DNA of 64,000 nucleotides from Eledone cirrhosa (lineage: Eukaryota), in assembly GCA_964016885.1 (NCBI GenBank), contig OZ024740.1, forward strand, positions 5,642,001-5,706,000, read 5' to 3'. Position 1 is the stretch's first letter; each line of letters starts with the position of its first letter. Under the pieces are notes generated by a model that was given only the letters and a program-made list of their open reading frames with translations, did not search any database and had not been told where the DNA came from. The position numbers and the translations under genes are program-made. Shown here piece by piece: positions 51,046 to 64,000 of this stretch.

Positions 51046-54000
51046 CCCATTAATTTTCCTTATCGTGCTTCCTTTATCAGAGACCGAGTTTCAAACAAAT
51101 CAGTTATGGTCGACAGAGGATCTAGTTGCAGTATTTGGCCTCTTCGGTTCAGCTCTAGCAAGCCAAATTTTTCAGGCATTTTCTTGTATGCAGTAAACCA
51201 GTCTCCTATAAAAACTTATGGACAAATATTTTTATCATTGGACCTAGCTTTGCGTTGAGATTTCAAATGGATTTTCGTCGTTGCGGACTTACCTCATCCT
51301 ATTCTCGGTGCTGATTTTTTACACCACTATTCACTGTTGGTAGATGTCAGGAGACAGAAACTTGTGGATGGTACCACATCCTTATCTACGCCTGCTCGTG
51401 GGTCTACTGCTACTGTCATAAGTCCCGCGTGTTTTATAGCTGTCTCTGGAAACCAGTTTCATTCACTTCTTGCCTCGTTTCCCGAGTTAACTGACATTTC
51501 ATTTAAACCGAATCAAGTAGTCCACTCGACTAGACATTTTATTACAACAACTGCTCCGCCTGTTTTCTCTCGTCCACGTAGGTTGGCTCCGGACAGGCTA
51601 AAGAAAGCCAGGGATGAGTTCGAACACATGCTTCAGCTTGGTCTTATACGACCGTCAACCAGCCCATGGGCATCTCCGCTTCATTTGGCTCGTAAGGGTG
51701 AGGCGGATTTTAGACCTGTGGGAGATTATAGACGACTCAATGCTATCACTACACCTGATCATTATCCTTTACCAAATTTACAGGATTTTTCATCCGTTCT
51801 GCATGGATGCAAGATATTTTCTAAAATAGATCTGGTACGCGCTTACCATCAAATACCCATGCATCCGGAAGACATACCAAAAACAGCTGTGACCACCCCT
51901 TTTGGTTCGTTTAAATTTCTGTCCATGCCTTTTGGTTTGCGGAATGCCTGTAGTACGTTCCAACGTTTTATCGATGAAGTCACGCGTGGATTGGATTTCG
52001 TGTTTGCTTACGTAGATGATCTCCTGATAGCCAGTGATTCAGCTGAGCACCATCATCAACACCTATCTCAGTTATTCAACGTCTCCAATCCTACCAAGTC
52101 AGAATCAACTCAGCTAAATGTGTGTTTGGTGCAGATTCACTGGAATTCCTCGGTCATCTTATAGATTCAGAAGGCATTCGACCATTGCCATCTAAGGTAG
52201 AAGCAATTCAGCATATCGCACTACCAATATCCTTGAAACAATTACGCCATTTCTTGGGATTAATTAACTTTTAGTGTCGTTTCATTCCTAACTGTGCGGA
52301 CAAGTTGTTCCCCTTGACACAGTTTTTAAAGACTGCAAACAAGAAAGATGCTCCTATTTCACTTTCTGCCGATGCCTTGCAGTCTTTTGAATCCGTCAAG
52401 TCTGAGCTCGCTGAAGTTTCCTTCCTTGCCCATCCTGTTGCAACCGCGAGACTTTCCTTATCTGTTGATGCATCCGATCATGCTGTTGGTGTAGTTTTGT
52501 AACATGCGATCGATCACCAGGTTCAACCACTGGCGTTTTTCTCACGCCAACTAATACCAGCAGAGCAACGTTACAGTACTTTTGACAGAGAGCTTCTAGC
52601 GATTTATCTTGCTGTGAGACATTTCCACCATCTTCTTGAAGGTCGGGAATTCACGGTATTCACAGACCATAAACCACTCACATTCGCTCTTCAAACCAAA
52701 TCCGACAGGTACTCTCCGAGAGCGTATAGGCATCTGGATCTCATCTCCCAGTATACCAGTGACATTCGTCATATAGCTGGAACTGCCAACATACCTGCGG
52801 ACGCATTATCTTGACTTTCTGTGTGTTCTCTTGCGTCTCCTGCACATATCGATTTGGTTGCCATAGCAACTGACCAACCTATTTTGGATTCGTTGGACAT
52901 TTCTTCTACCCAACTTTCCTGCTGTAAGTTTGATTATTTACCCCTTCCATCTGCTGAAGGAAAAATTCTTTGCGATATTTCTACTGGATAACCCAGACCG
53001 TTTGTTCCAGATTGTCATCAGCAGACAGTTTTTGATGCACTTCATTCCTTGTCGCATCCTGTCATAGCTGCCACGGTGAAGCTTATTACGGCTCGATTCT
53101 TCTGGCCTAATATGCGTCGTTTAATCACCGGCTGAGCACGTTCTTGTTTGAAGTGTCAGCGCTCTAAGATTTATCGGCATGTCCGCGCTCCTCTTGGGAA
53201 ATTCAGCCCACCAGACGCACGTTTCCGTCATATTCACATGGATATTGTTGGTCCGTGGCCCGTTAGTCGTGGGTTAACATATATATTGACTTGTATCGAT
53301 CGTTTCTCTCGGTGGCCTGAAGCCATACCCTTAGTGGACATAACAGCAGAGTCCGTTGCCCGAGCTTTCATTTCCAATTGGATTGCTCCCTTTGGTGTTC
53401 CTACTAAAATAACTAAGGATCGTGGACGCCAATTTGAAGCTTCCTTATTTCGTGAAATATCACAATTCTTGGGTGCTCATCACATTCATACGACCAGCTA
53501 TCATCCAGCCTCCAATGGAATGGTCGAGAGGTTTCATAGACTGTTGAAAGCTGCACTCCGCGCTACTCCTGATCTGCAACGTTGGACTGAATTTTTGCCA
53601 ATCGTGCTTCTTGGTTGTCGTTCTGCCATTAAAACAGATTTAGGTTTTTCTTCTGCTGAACTTCTTTATGGTACCACATTGTCTCTTCCTGGATAAATGT
53701 TAGCACCAGTGGATTCATCGCATCTTGACCCAGCATCATATGTTACCAGGATTTGTTCGTATTTCTCGGATCTTCCACCGATGAACCCTCGTGACCAGTC
53801 TATTTCTTCTGCTGTTCCATCGGACATCTCTACGTGGACACACATTTTCATACGGAATGATTCCGTCAAGGGACCTCTTACGTCACCCTACAATGGACCT
53901 TTTCGTGTGCTTTCGCACACACCCAAACATTTAACAGTGGCTGTCAATGGTCGAAAAGAGACAATATCCATTGACAGAGCAAAGAAGGCTTTCTCTAAAA

Positions 54001-54155
54001 GTCTCATTACACTGCCTGACATACCTCGTACATACACTCCCACACCAACACTTTCACCTCCACCGCAAACACCACATACCACACAACCTTATGTCACACG
54101 AAGTGGCAGGACGGTAAAATGGCCACGAAAATTTTCAAAAACAATATACATCTAA
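51010..54155 (+). pseudogene. pol: pol (protease, RT, RNase H, integrase) with multiple stops and frameshifts
   Basis: Protease VD(R)GS..ILGADF; [38 protein letters not shown]; RNase H VDASD, TDHKPL, ADALS; integrase IHMDIVGP, IDRFSRWPEA, DRGRQF, NGMVERFHR, C-terminal TRSGR. Confidence 0.92.
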
Positions 54156-54508
54156 CCCCTAGTGGCATTAACAAACTTCTTTTTCAGTTTTCAGATAGAA
54201 CTAGTGTCAGAAAGCCTGTACACTGGTGATGTTTGAACTATTTGACTTTGAAAAACTTTAAAAAACTTTGAACTTACCATTGAGCATTAATTTTCTCTGC
54301 TCCCTTCACTTTGAATTATCAGTTTGTTACATTCACATTTTTCTTGGTAAAATGCATTTACTTGTTTGTGCTCCTTTGCTATTTGCTTGCTCATGTTTTT
54401 TTATTCATTCATTTTCTTGTACCTTTTGTTTTGCTCCTCATTTCTTACGGGTTCTCGCTACAATGACCTTCGTTTGATTATTCGACTTCTCGTCTGAGAG
54501 GGGAGTCT

Positions 54509-54764
54509 TGTAGCGCTCTCTAGACAAGGGAAGTAGCTAGAGTTACTTCCCGTTGAAATTCTAGAACCTACCCTTTAACTTCCGTTCAAGGGATTATAAA
54601 AGAGGAAACTGAAATACATCTTCCTCTTTCTGGCAGCTTTTTCTCAAACTGATCACATCGAGCGCAAGCATGCTAACCTTTATCCAACCACATCTCATGG
54701 TTCAGTATTATACCTCGTTATGCCACGAGGATATTTGTTTACCACGTTTGTAACATGGACTACA
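54509..54764 (+). repeat. 3' LTR of the CsRn1-like element (~256 bp)
   Basis: TGTAG...CTACA termini directly after the PPT, internal TATAAAAG near 54595; the right end cannot be confirmed without a second LTR. Confidence 0.7.
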
Positions 54765-54949
54765 TAAAAATGCAAGTTATTTTGATACTCGTTTTGAGAA
54801 ACTTATTACGCTTTCAGTCATTACTTTTTGTAGTGAGAGATAATTCTCACACGGCATGATATTGTATGAAAATTCTCCTATCTCATGTTTCTATTAAATT
54901 TAGTAGTTGGGATCCGGTGGTACTTACTGGAGTAAGTAACCCTGGGTCC

Positions 54950-55915
54950 AGCTCACTAAAAGCTGGTCTCTTTTGTTGCTTGGTTGTTTTAGTTGCTGTG
55001 AAGGTCGCTGTCTGCTGTTCAGATGAATCCTAATCCTCATGCCCCAATGAAGAAAGCAGACTGTGACAGGACAGCACCTTACTGGATGGGCGCTGACCAG
55101 CTTGAAGTGAGCGATAGCTGTCGAGTAAGATCTGAAAATATCGCCCACCATCGAGAGCAACCCCTGGTTTACACTAAATGATTGAAGGCTTATCACCAGT
55201 AATTGCTACTCCGTGTTGTGTTCATGCTGTAGGTGAAGCTGGAGTGTCCTCTCCAGGTGTATGGTGCAGGTTGTGTTGATGAGTGATGCAAAGAATGAAG
55301 TGGCTGGATACCAGCCTGGGTGGTGTGATTTGGAGGACAGGTTGTTGCCCATGAAACATGTCTCCCTTCTCCATAACGCTGCTGGATCCAAAAGGAGCAA
55401 CGAGGCTGCTACAATTTGGCAGCAGCGCTGTCGCAGGAGCGACCAGAGCGAAGTTGTAATCAACGACGAACTGCCTTAGGGGCTCCGACTCTGTATTTTT
55501 GCACAAACTTTTACTCTTGAAGTCTTCCCATGACTGGATATCACCGCAAGGCAGCAGAGGTTTGGATTCAGAGATTTCCTTCTCCTATTAGGACTACCTA
55601 CCAAGGTTAACATCCTCCATCTGGCCCAATGTGGCAGGGTTGCATGGTAGCCAGTAGCAGGACAATCCAGGGAAACCAGAACAATCTGACCTGACTGCAA
55701 CCTACATATATATATGCTAATGGATGGCTGTTGACTCACACAACTTCCTCCGCCCTTTCACAGGTTTTGTTTTTCATCCTGTGGGATGTCCAATAATCAC
55801 CCTCCTCACCAAGCAAACCTGGTGAGGTTGCTAGTTTAGTCGCCGATGACCCGACCATGGAACAGGTTGTACTGGGTTACATGTTACCAGTAGCACCCAG
55901 GAGTGACCTGACATA
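54950..55915 (-). mobile_element. Probable 5' region of an RTE-like non-LTR retrotransposon, truncated at the ORF start
   Basis: Minus strand begins with the ~195-bp block also found at 56226-56417 and ends in TKTTKQQKRPA, resembling the basic stretch that precedes the WNVRT endonuclease motif of RTE ORFs; recall-based. Confidence 0.4.
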
Positions 55916-56225
55916 AATAAGATCCTTTTTTCTAATATATACACTCTGCCTGTACAAAGAGTACCACCACCAATAATTCACTAAATCACCTGCAATAAAT
56001 ATATACACACATAGTGTAGCTGATTCAGTGAATATATTAGTAAAAACGATCTTAAACATGTAAACAAAACTTCTTCATTTTTTCTAATAAACACACGCAC
56101 GCACACACGCACACACGCACCCCCCCCCCCACACACAGGGTTGTTTTCAGAGTTACCCTCTCCTAGAAAGGTGTTGTGATAACAACTGGGGTCTTTCACG
56201 CCCAGGTGAAAAAAAAAGTACTATT

Positions 56226-56417
56226 TGGATGGCTGTTGACTCTGATGAGTTCTGCCCTTTGATAGGTTTTGTATTTCATACCACAGGGTGTCCAAATATC
56301 ACCCTCCTCACCAAGCAAGATTGGTGAGGTTGTCGGTTTAGTCGCCGATGACCCAACCATGAGACAGGCTGTACTGGGTTACATGTTACCAGTAGCACTT
56401 GAGAGCGACCTGACATA
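56226..56417 (-). repeat. Diverged direct-repeat copy of 55721-55915
   Basis: Shared blocks TGGATGGCTGTTGACTC, CACCCTCCTCACCAAGCAA, TTTAGTCGCCGATGACCC, GTACTGGGTTACATGTTACCAGTAGCAC, GACCTGACATA. Confidence 0.85.
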
Positions 56418-56542
56418 CACACACACACATATATATATACTCTAAAGAAAGATACAGTTGAACTTTAAATTACACAAAGTACTAAATCGTGAAATCTGTT
56501 CTAGTCTCATATATAGTCCCTTCCATTGATCCTGGAAACTTC

Positions 56543-59500
56543 CTCTCACTCCACTGTTGGTCAGCCTCCCTCCCTCTCTTTCTCCACTGTTGGTCAGCCT
56601 CCTCCTTCTCTCTCTCTCACTCCACTGTTCTTCAGCCTCTCTCCCCATCTCTCTCTCCCTCCACTGTTGGTCAGCCTCTCTCCCCATCTCTCTCTCCCTC
56701 CACTGTTGGTCAGACTCTCTCCCCATCTCTCTCTCCCTCCTGTGTTGGTCAGCCTCCCTCTCCCTCTCTCTCCCTCCTGTGTTGGTCAGCCTCTCTCCCC
56801 ATCTCTCTCTCCCTCCTGTGTTGGTCAACCTCTCTCCCCATCTCTCTCTCACTCCAATGTTGGTCAGCCTCTCTCCACCTCTCTCTCTCCCTCCTGTGTT
56901 GGTCAGCCCCTCTGCCCATCTCTCTCTCCCTCCACTGTTGGTCAGCCTCTCTCCCCATCTCTCTCTCCCTCCTGTGTTGGTCAACCTCTCTCCCCATCTC
57001 TCTCTCACTCCACTGTTGGTCAGCCTCTCTCCCCATCTCTCTCTCCCTCCTGTGTTGGTCAGCCCCTCTGCCCATCTTTCTCTCCCTCCACTGTTGGTCA
57101 GCCTCTCTCCCCATCTCTCTCTCCCTCCTGTGTTGGTCAGCCTCTCTCCCCATCTCTCTCCCACTCCACTGTTGGTCAGCCTCTCTCCCCATCTCTCTCT
57201 CCCTCCTGTGTTGGTCAGCCTCCCTCTCCCTCTCTCTCCCTCCTGTGTTGGTCAGCCTCCCTCCCTCTCTCTCCCTCCTGTGTTGATCAGCCCCTCTGCC
57301 CATCTCTCTCTCCCTCCACTGTTGGTCAGCCTCTCTTCCCATCTCTCTCTCCCTCCTGTGTTGGTCAGTCTCTCTCTCCATCTCTCTCTCCCTCCACTGT
57401 TGGTCAGCCTCTCTCCCCATCTCTCTCTCACTCCACTGTAGGTCAGCCTCTCTCCCCATCTCTCTCTCACTCCACTGTTGGTCAGCCTCTCTCCCCATCT
57501 CTCTCTCCCTCCTGTGTTGGTCAGCCTCCCTCTCCCTCTCTCTCCCTCCTGTGTTGGTCAGCCTCCCTCCCTCTCTCTCCCTCCTGTGTTGATCAGCCCC
57601 TCTGCCCATCTCTCTCTCCCTCCACTGTTGGTCAGCCTCTCTTCCCATCTCTCTCTCCCTCCTGTGTTGGTCAGTCTCTCTCTCCATCTCTCTCTCCCTC
57701 CACTGTTGGTCAGCCTCTCTCCCCATCTCTCTCTCACTCCACTGTAGGTCAGCCTCTCTCCCCATCTCTCTCTCACTCCACTGTTGGTCAGCCTCTCTCC
57801 CCATCTCTCTCTCACTCCACTGTTGGTCAGCCTCCCTCTCCCTCTCTCTCCCTCCTGTGTTGGTCAGCCTCTCTCCCCATCTCTCTCTCCCTCCTGTGTT
57901 GGTCAACCTCTCTCCCCATCTCTCCCTCACTCCACTATTGGTCAGCCTCTCTCCCCATCTCTCTCTCCCTCCTGTGTTGGTCAGCCCCTCTCCCCATATC
58001 TCTCCCTCTCCACTGTTGGTCAGCCTCTCTCCCCATCTCTCTCTCCCTCCTGTGTTGGTCAGCCTCCCTCTCCCTCTCTCTCGCTCCTGTGTTGGTCAGC
58101 CTCCCTCCCTCACTCTCCCTCCTGTGTTGATCAGACCCTCTGCCCATCTCTCTCTCCCTCCACTGTTGGTCAGCCTCTCTTCCCATCTCTCTCTCCCTCC
58201 TGTGTTGGTCAGTCTCTCTCTCCATCTCTCTCTCCCTCCACTGTTGGTCAGCCTCTCTCCCCATCTCTCTCTCACTCCACTGTAGGTCAGCCTCTCTCCC
58301 CATCTCTCTCTCACTCCACTGTTGGTCAGCCTCTCTCCCCATCTCTCTCTCACTCCACTGTTGGTCAGCCTCCCTCTCCCTCTCTCTCCCTCCTGTGTTG
58401 GTCAGCCTCTCTCCCCATCTCTCTCTCCCTCCTGTGTTGGTCAACCTCTCTCCCCATCTCTCCCTCACTCCACTATTGGTCAGCCTCTCTCCCCATCTCT
58501 CTCTCCCTCCTGTGTTGGTCAGCCCCTCTGCCCATCTCTCTCTCCCTCCACTGTTGGTCAGCCTCTCTCCCCATCTCTCTCTCCCTCCACTGTTGGTCAG
58601 ACTCTCTCCCCATCTCTCTCTCCCTCCTGTGTTGGTCAGCCTCCCTCTCCCTCTCTCTCCCTCCTGTGTTGGTCAGCCTCTCTCCCCATCTCTCTCTCCC
58701 TCCTGTGTTGGTCAACCTCTCTCCCCATCTCTCTCTCACTCCACTGTTGGTCAGCCTCTCTCCCCATCTCTCTCTCCCTCCTGTGTTGGTCAGCCCCTCT
58801 GCCCATCTCTCTCTCCCTCCACTGTTGGTCAGCCTCTCTCCCCATCTCTCTCTCCCTCCTGTGTTGGTCAACCTCTCTCCCCATCTCTCTCTCACTCCAC
58901 TGTTGGTCAGCCTCTCTCCCCATCTCTCTCTCCCTCCTGTGTTGGTCAGCCCCTCTGCCCATCTTTCTCTCCCTCCACTGTTGGTCAGCCTCTCTCCCCA
59001 TCTCTCTCTCCCTCCTGTGTTGGTCAGCCTCTCTCCCCATCTCTCTCCCACTCCACTGTTGGTCAGCCTCTCTCCCCATCTCTCTCTCCCTCCTGTGTTG
59101 GTCAGCCTCCCTCTCCCTCTCTCTCCCTCCTGTGTTGGTCAGCCTCCCTCCCTCTCTCTCCCTCCTGTGTTGATCAGCCCCTCTGCCCATCTCTCTCTCC
59201 CTCCACTGTTGGTCAGCCTCTCTTCCCATCTCTCTCTCCCTCCTGTGTTGGTCAGTCTCTCTCTCCATCTCTCTCTCCCTCCACTGTTGGTCAGCCTCTC
59301 TCCCCATCTCTCTCTCACTCCACTGTAGGTCAGCCTCTCTCCCCATCTCTCTCTCACTCCACTGTTGGTCAGCCTCTCTCCCCATCTCTCTCTCCCTCCT
59401 GTGTTGGTCAGCCTCCCTCTCCCTCTCTCTCCCTCCTGTGTTGGTCAGCCTCCCTCCCTCTCTCTCCCTCCTGTGTTGATCAGCCCCTCTGCCCATCTCT

Positions 59501-62500
59501 CTCTCCCTCCACTGTTGGTCAGCCTCTCTTCCCATCTCTCTCTCCCTCCTGTGTTGGTCAGTCTCTCTCTCCATCTCTCTCTCCCTCCACTGTTGGTCAG
59601 CCTCTCTCCCCATCTCTCTCTCACTCCACTGTAGGTCAGCCTCTCTCCCCATCTCTCTCTCACTCCACTGTTGGTCAGCCTCTCTCCCCATCTCTCTCTC
59701 ACTCCACTGTTGGTCAGCCTCCCTCTCCCTCTCTCTCCCTCCTGTGTTGGTCAGCCTCTCTCCCCATCTCTCTCTCCCTCCTGTGTTGGTCAACCTCTCT
59801 CCCCATCTCTCCCTCACTCCACTATTGGTCAGCCTCTCTCCCCATCTCTCTCTCCCTCCTGTGTTGGTCAGCCCCTCTCCCCATATCTCTCCCTCTCCAC
59901 TGTTGGTCAGCCTCTCTCCCCATCTCTCTCTCCCTCCTGTGTTGGTCAGCCTCCCTCTCCCTCTCTCTCGCTCCTGTGTTGGTCAGCCTCCCTCCCTCAC
60001 TCTCCCTCCTGTGTTGATCAGACCCTCTGCCCATCTCTCTCTCCCTCCACTGTTGGTCAGCCTCTCTTCCCATCTCTCTCTCCCTCCTGTGTTGGTCAGT
60101 CTCTCTCTCCATCTCTCTCTCCCTCCACTGTTGGTCAGCCTCTCTCCCCATCTCTCTCTCACTCCACTGTAGGTCAGCCTCTCTCCCCATCTCTCTCTCA
60201 CTCCACTGTTGGTCAGCCTCTCTCCCCATCTCTCTCTCACTCCACTGTTGGTCAGCCTCCCTCTCCCTCTCTCTCCCTCCTGTGTTGGTCAGCCTCTCTC
60301 CCCATCTCTCTCTCCCTCCTGTGTTGGTCAACCTCTCTCCCCATCTCTCCCTCACTCCACTATTGGTCAGCCTCTCTCCCCATCTCTCTCTCCCTCCTGT
60401 GTTGGTCAGCCCCTCTGCCCATCTCTCTCTCCCTCCACTGTTGGTCAGCCTCTCTCCCCATCTCTCTCTCCCTCCTGTGTTGGTCAGCCTCTCTCCCCGT
60501 ATCTCTCCCTCTCCACTGTTGGTCAGCCTCTCTCCCCATCTCTCTCTCCCTCCTGTGTTGGTCAGCCTCCCTCTCCCTCTCTCTCGCTCCTGTGTTGGTC
60601 AGCCTCCCTCCCTCACTCTCCCTCCTGTGTTGGTCAGCCCCTCTGCCCATCTCTCTCTCCCTCCACTGTTGGTCAGCCTCTCTCCCCATCTCTCTCTCCC
60701 TCCTGTGTTGGTCAGCCTCTCTCCCCATCTCTCTCCCACTCCACTGTTGGTCAGCCTCTCTCCCCATCTCTCTCTCCCTCCTGTGTTGGTCAGCCTCCCT
60801 CTCCCTCTCTCTCCCTCCTGTGTTGGTCAGCCTCCCTCCCTCTCTCTCCCTCCTGTGTTGATCAGCCCCTCTGCCCATCTCTCTCTCCCTCCACTGTTGG
60901 TCAGCCTCTCTTCCCATCTCTCTCTCCCTCCTGTGTTGGTCAGTCTCTCTCTCCATCTCTCTCTCCCTCCACTGTTGGTCAGCCTCTCTCCCCATCTCTC
61001 TCTCACTCCACTGTAGGTCAGCCTCTCTCCCCATCTCTTTCTCACTCCACTGTTGGTCAGCCTCTCTCCCCATCTCTCTCTCACTCCACTGTTGGTCAGC
61101 CTCCCTCTCCCTCTCTCTCCCTCCTGTGTTGGTCAGCCTCTCTCCCCATCTCTCTCTCCCTCCTGTGTTGGTCAACCTCTCTCCCCATCTCTCCCTCACT
61201 CCACTATTGGTCAGCCTCTCTCCCCATCTCTCTCTCCCTCCTGTGTTGGTCAGCCCCTCTCCCCATATCTCTCCCTCTCCACTGTTGGTCAGCCTCTCTC
61301 CCCATCTCTCTCTCCCTCCTGTGTTGGTCAGCCTCCCTCTCCCTCTCTCTCGCTCCTGTGTTGGTCAGCCTCCCTCCCTCACTCTCCCTCCTGTGTTGAT
61401 CAGACCCTCTGCCCATCTCTCTCTCCCTCCACTGTTGGTCAGCCTCTCTTCCCATCTCTCTCTCCCTCCTGTGTTGGTCAGTCTCTCTCTCCATCTCTCT
61501 CTCCCTCCACTGTTGGTCAGCCTCTCTCCCCATCTCTCTCTCACTCCACTGTAGGTCAGCCTCTCTCCCCATCTCTCTCTCACTCCACTGTTGGTCAGCC
61601 TCTCTCCCCATCTCTCTCTCACTCCACTGTTGGTCAGCCTCCCTCTCCCTCTCTCTCCCTCCTGTGTTGGTCAGCCTCTCTCCCCATCTCTCTCTCCCTC
61701 CTGTGTTGGTCAACCTCTCTCCCCATCTCTCCCTCACTCCACTATTGGTCAGCCTCTCTCCCCATCTCTCTCTCCCTCCTGTGTTGGTCAGCCCCTCTGC
61801 CCATCTCTCTCTCCCTCCACTGTTGGTCAGCCTCTCTCCCCATCTCTCTCTCCCTCCACTGTTGGTCAGACTCTCTCCCCATCTCTCTCTCCCTCCTGTG
61901 TTGGTCAGCCTCCCTCTCCCTCTCTCTCCCTCCTGTGTTTGTCAGCCTCTCTCCCCATCTCTCTCTCCCTCCTGTGTTGGTCAACCTCTCTCCCCATCTC
62001 TCTCTCACTCCACTGTTGGTCAGCCTCTCTCCCCATCTCTCTCTCCCTCCTGTGTTGGTCAGCCCCTCTGCCCATCTCTCTCTCCCTCCACTGTTGGTCA
62101 GCCTCTCTCCCCATCTCTCTCTCCCTCCTGTGTTGGTCAACCTCTCTCCCCATCTCTCTCTCACTCCACTGTTGGTCAGCCTCTCTCCCCATCTCTCTCT
62201 CCCTCCTGTGTTGGTCAGCCCCTCTGCCCATCTTTCTCTCCCTCCACTGTTGGTCAGCCTCTCTCCCCATCTCTCTCTCCCTCCTGTGTTGGTCAGCCTC
62301 TCTCCCCATCTCTCTCCCACTCCACTGTTGGTCAGCCTCTCTCCCCATCTCTCTCTCCCTCCTGTGTTGGTCAGCCTCCCTCTCCCTCTCTCTCCCTCCT
62401 GTGTTGGTCAGCCTCCCTCCCTCTCTCTCCCTCCTGTGTTGATCAGCCCCTCTGCCCATCTCTCTCTCCCTCCACTGTTGGTCAGCCTCTCTTCCCATCT

Positions 62501-64000
62501 CTCTCTCCCTCCTGTGTTGGTCAGTCTCTCTCTCCATCTCTCTCTCCCTCCACTGTTGGTCAGCCTCTCTCCCCATCTCTCTCTCACTCCACTGTAGGTC
62601 AGCCTCTCTCCCCATCTCTCTCTCACTCCACTGTTGGTCAGCCTCTCTCCCCATCTCTCTCTCCCTCCTGTGTTGGTCAGCCTCCCTCTCCCTCTCTCTC
62701 CCTCCTGTGTTGGTCAGCCTCCCTCCCTCTCTCTCCCTCCTGTGTTGATCAGCCCCTCTGCCCATCTCTCTCTCCCTCCACTGTTGGTCAGCCTCTCTTC
62801 CCATCTCTCTCTCCCTCCTGTGTTGGTCAGTCTCTCTCTCCATCTCTCTCTCCCTCCACTGTTGGTCAGCCTCTCTCCCCATCTCTCTCTCACTCCACTG
62901 TAGGTCAGCCTCTCTCCCCATCTCTCTCTCACTCCACTGTTGGTCAGCCTCTCTCCCCATCTCTCTCTCACTCCACTGTTGGTCAGCCTCCCTCTCCCTC
63001 TCTCTCCCTCCTGTGTTGGTCAGCCTCTCTCCCCATCTCTCTCTCCCTCCTGTGTTGGTCAACCTCTCTCCCCATCTCTCCCTCACTCCACTATTGGTCA
63101 GCCTCTCTCCCCATCTCTCTCTCCCTCCTGTGTTGGTCAGCCCCTCTCCCCATATCTCTCCCTCTCCACTGTTGGTCAGCCTCTCTCCCCATCTCTCTCT
63201 CCCTCCTGTGTTGGTCAGCCTCCCTCTCCCTCTCTCTCGCTCCTGTGTTGGTCAGCCTCCCTCCCTCACTCTCCCTCCTGTGTTGATCAGACCCTCTGCC
63301 CATCTCTCTCTCCCTCCACTGTTGGTCAGCCTCTCTTCCCATCTCTCTCTCCCTCCTGTGTTGGTCAGTCTCTCTCTCCATCTCTCTCTCCCTCCACTGT
63401 TGGTCAGCCTCTCTCCCCATCTCTCTCTCACTCCACTGTAGGTCAGCCTCTCTCCCCATCTCTCTCTCACTCCACTGTTGGTCAGCCTCTCTCCCCATCT
63501 CTCTCTCACTCCACTGTTGGTCAGCCTCCCTCTCCCTCTCTCTCCCTCCTGTGTTGGTCAGCCTCTCTCCCCATCTCTCTCTCCCTCCTGTGTTGGTCAA
63601 CCTCTCTCCCCATCTCTCCCTCACTCCACTATTGGTCAGCCTCTCTCCCCATCTCTCTCTCCCTCCTGTGTTGGTCAGCCCCTCTGCCCATCTCTCTCTC
63701 CCTCCACTGTTGGTCAGCCTCTCTCCCCATCTCTCTCTCCCTCCTGTGTTGGTCAGCCTCTCTCCCCGTATCTCTCCCTCTCCACTGTTGGTCAGCCTCT
63801 CTCCCCATCTCTCTCTCCCTCCTGTGTTGGTCAGCCTCCCTCTCCCTCTCTCTCGCTCCTGTGTTGGTCAGCCTCCCTCCCTCACTCTCCCTCCTGTGTT
63901 GGTCAGCCCCTCTGCCCATCTCTCTCTCCCTCCACTGTTGGTCAGCCTCTCTCCCCATCTCTCTCTCCCTCCTGTGTTGGTCAGCCTCTCTCCCCATCTC
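56543..64000. repeat. Pyrimidine-rich ~39-bp minisatellite with nested higher-order repeats, runs off the right edge
   Basis: Unit CTCTCTCCCCATCTCTCTCTCCCTCC[TG/AC]TGTTGGTCAGC with shorter variants; identical ORF translations recur at offsets 306, 538, 1382, 1887 and 3269. Confidence 0.97.

Larger units (their letters stand above)
50527..54764 (+). mobile_element. 5'-truncated, decayed Ty3/Gypsy LTR retrotransposon, CsRn1-like
   Basis: Partial gag with a CWYH..C..C-type knuckle, -1 frameshift site, PR-RT-RH-IN remnants, PPT GAGAGGGGAG (~54496-54505) and 3' LTR; no 5' LTR. Confidence 0.9.

Noticed and set aside
56442-63997. 200-540 aa ORFs on both strands (Ser/Pro/Leu-rich, Arg/Glu-rich)
   Set aside because: The 39-bp unit lacks stops in most frames; translations switch frame at short units, a repeat artefact.

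Overview
Eukaryotic, gene-free, heterochromatin-like window; the SINE-like sequences resemble cephalopod (octopus-type) repeats, which is an inference from recalled motifs. About 78% is tandem repeat: a 24-bp minisatellite (1-1156), a ~40.6-kb 65-bp satellite with higher-order repeats (1183-41757), a palindromic AT-rich 30-bp array (44205-50526) and a pyrimidine-rich ~39-bp minisatellite with nested higher-order repeats (56543-end). The ~15-kb island between the big arrays holds SINE/Helitron/RTE-like fragments, a ~230-bp-arm inverted repeat with LTR-like arms, and two Ty3/Gypsy retrotransposons. The first is a full-length minus-strand Mag-like element (44359-49671; 276-bp LTRs differing at one base) inserted in the 30-bp array. 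The second is a 5'-truncated, decayed plus-strand CsRn1-like element (50527-54764) with an intact -1 frameshift signal. The most unusual structure is the Mag-like element's leader: a duplicated LTR end plus primer-binding site brackets a tandem array of a 47/48-bp SINE-like unit, and both LTRs carry a B-box-like fragment between duplicated LTR termini. No host protein-coding gene, RNA gene or CRISPR array is supported; most listed ORFs are repeat artefacts.
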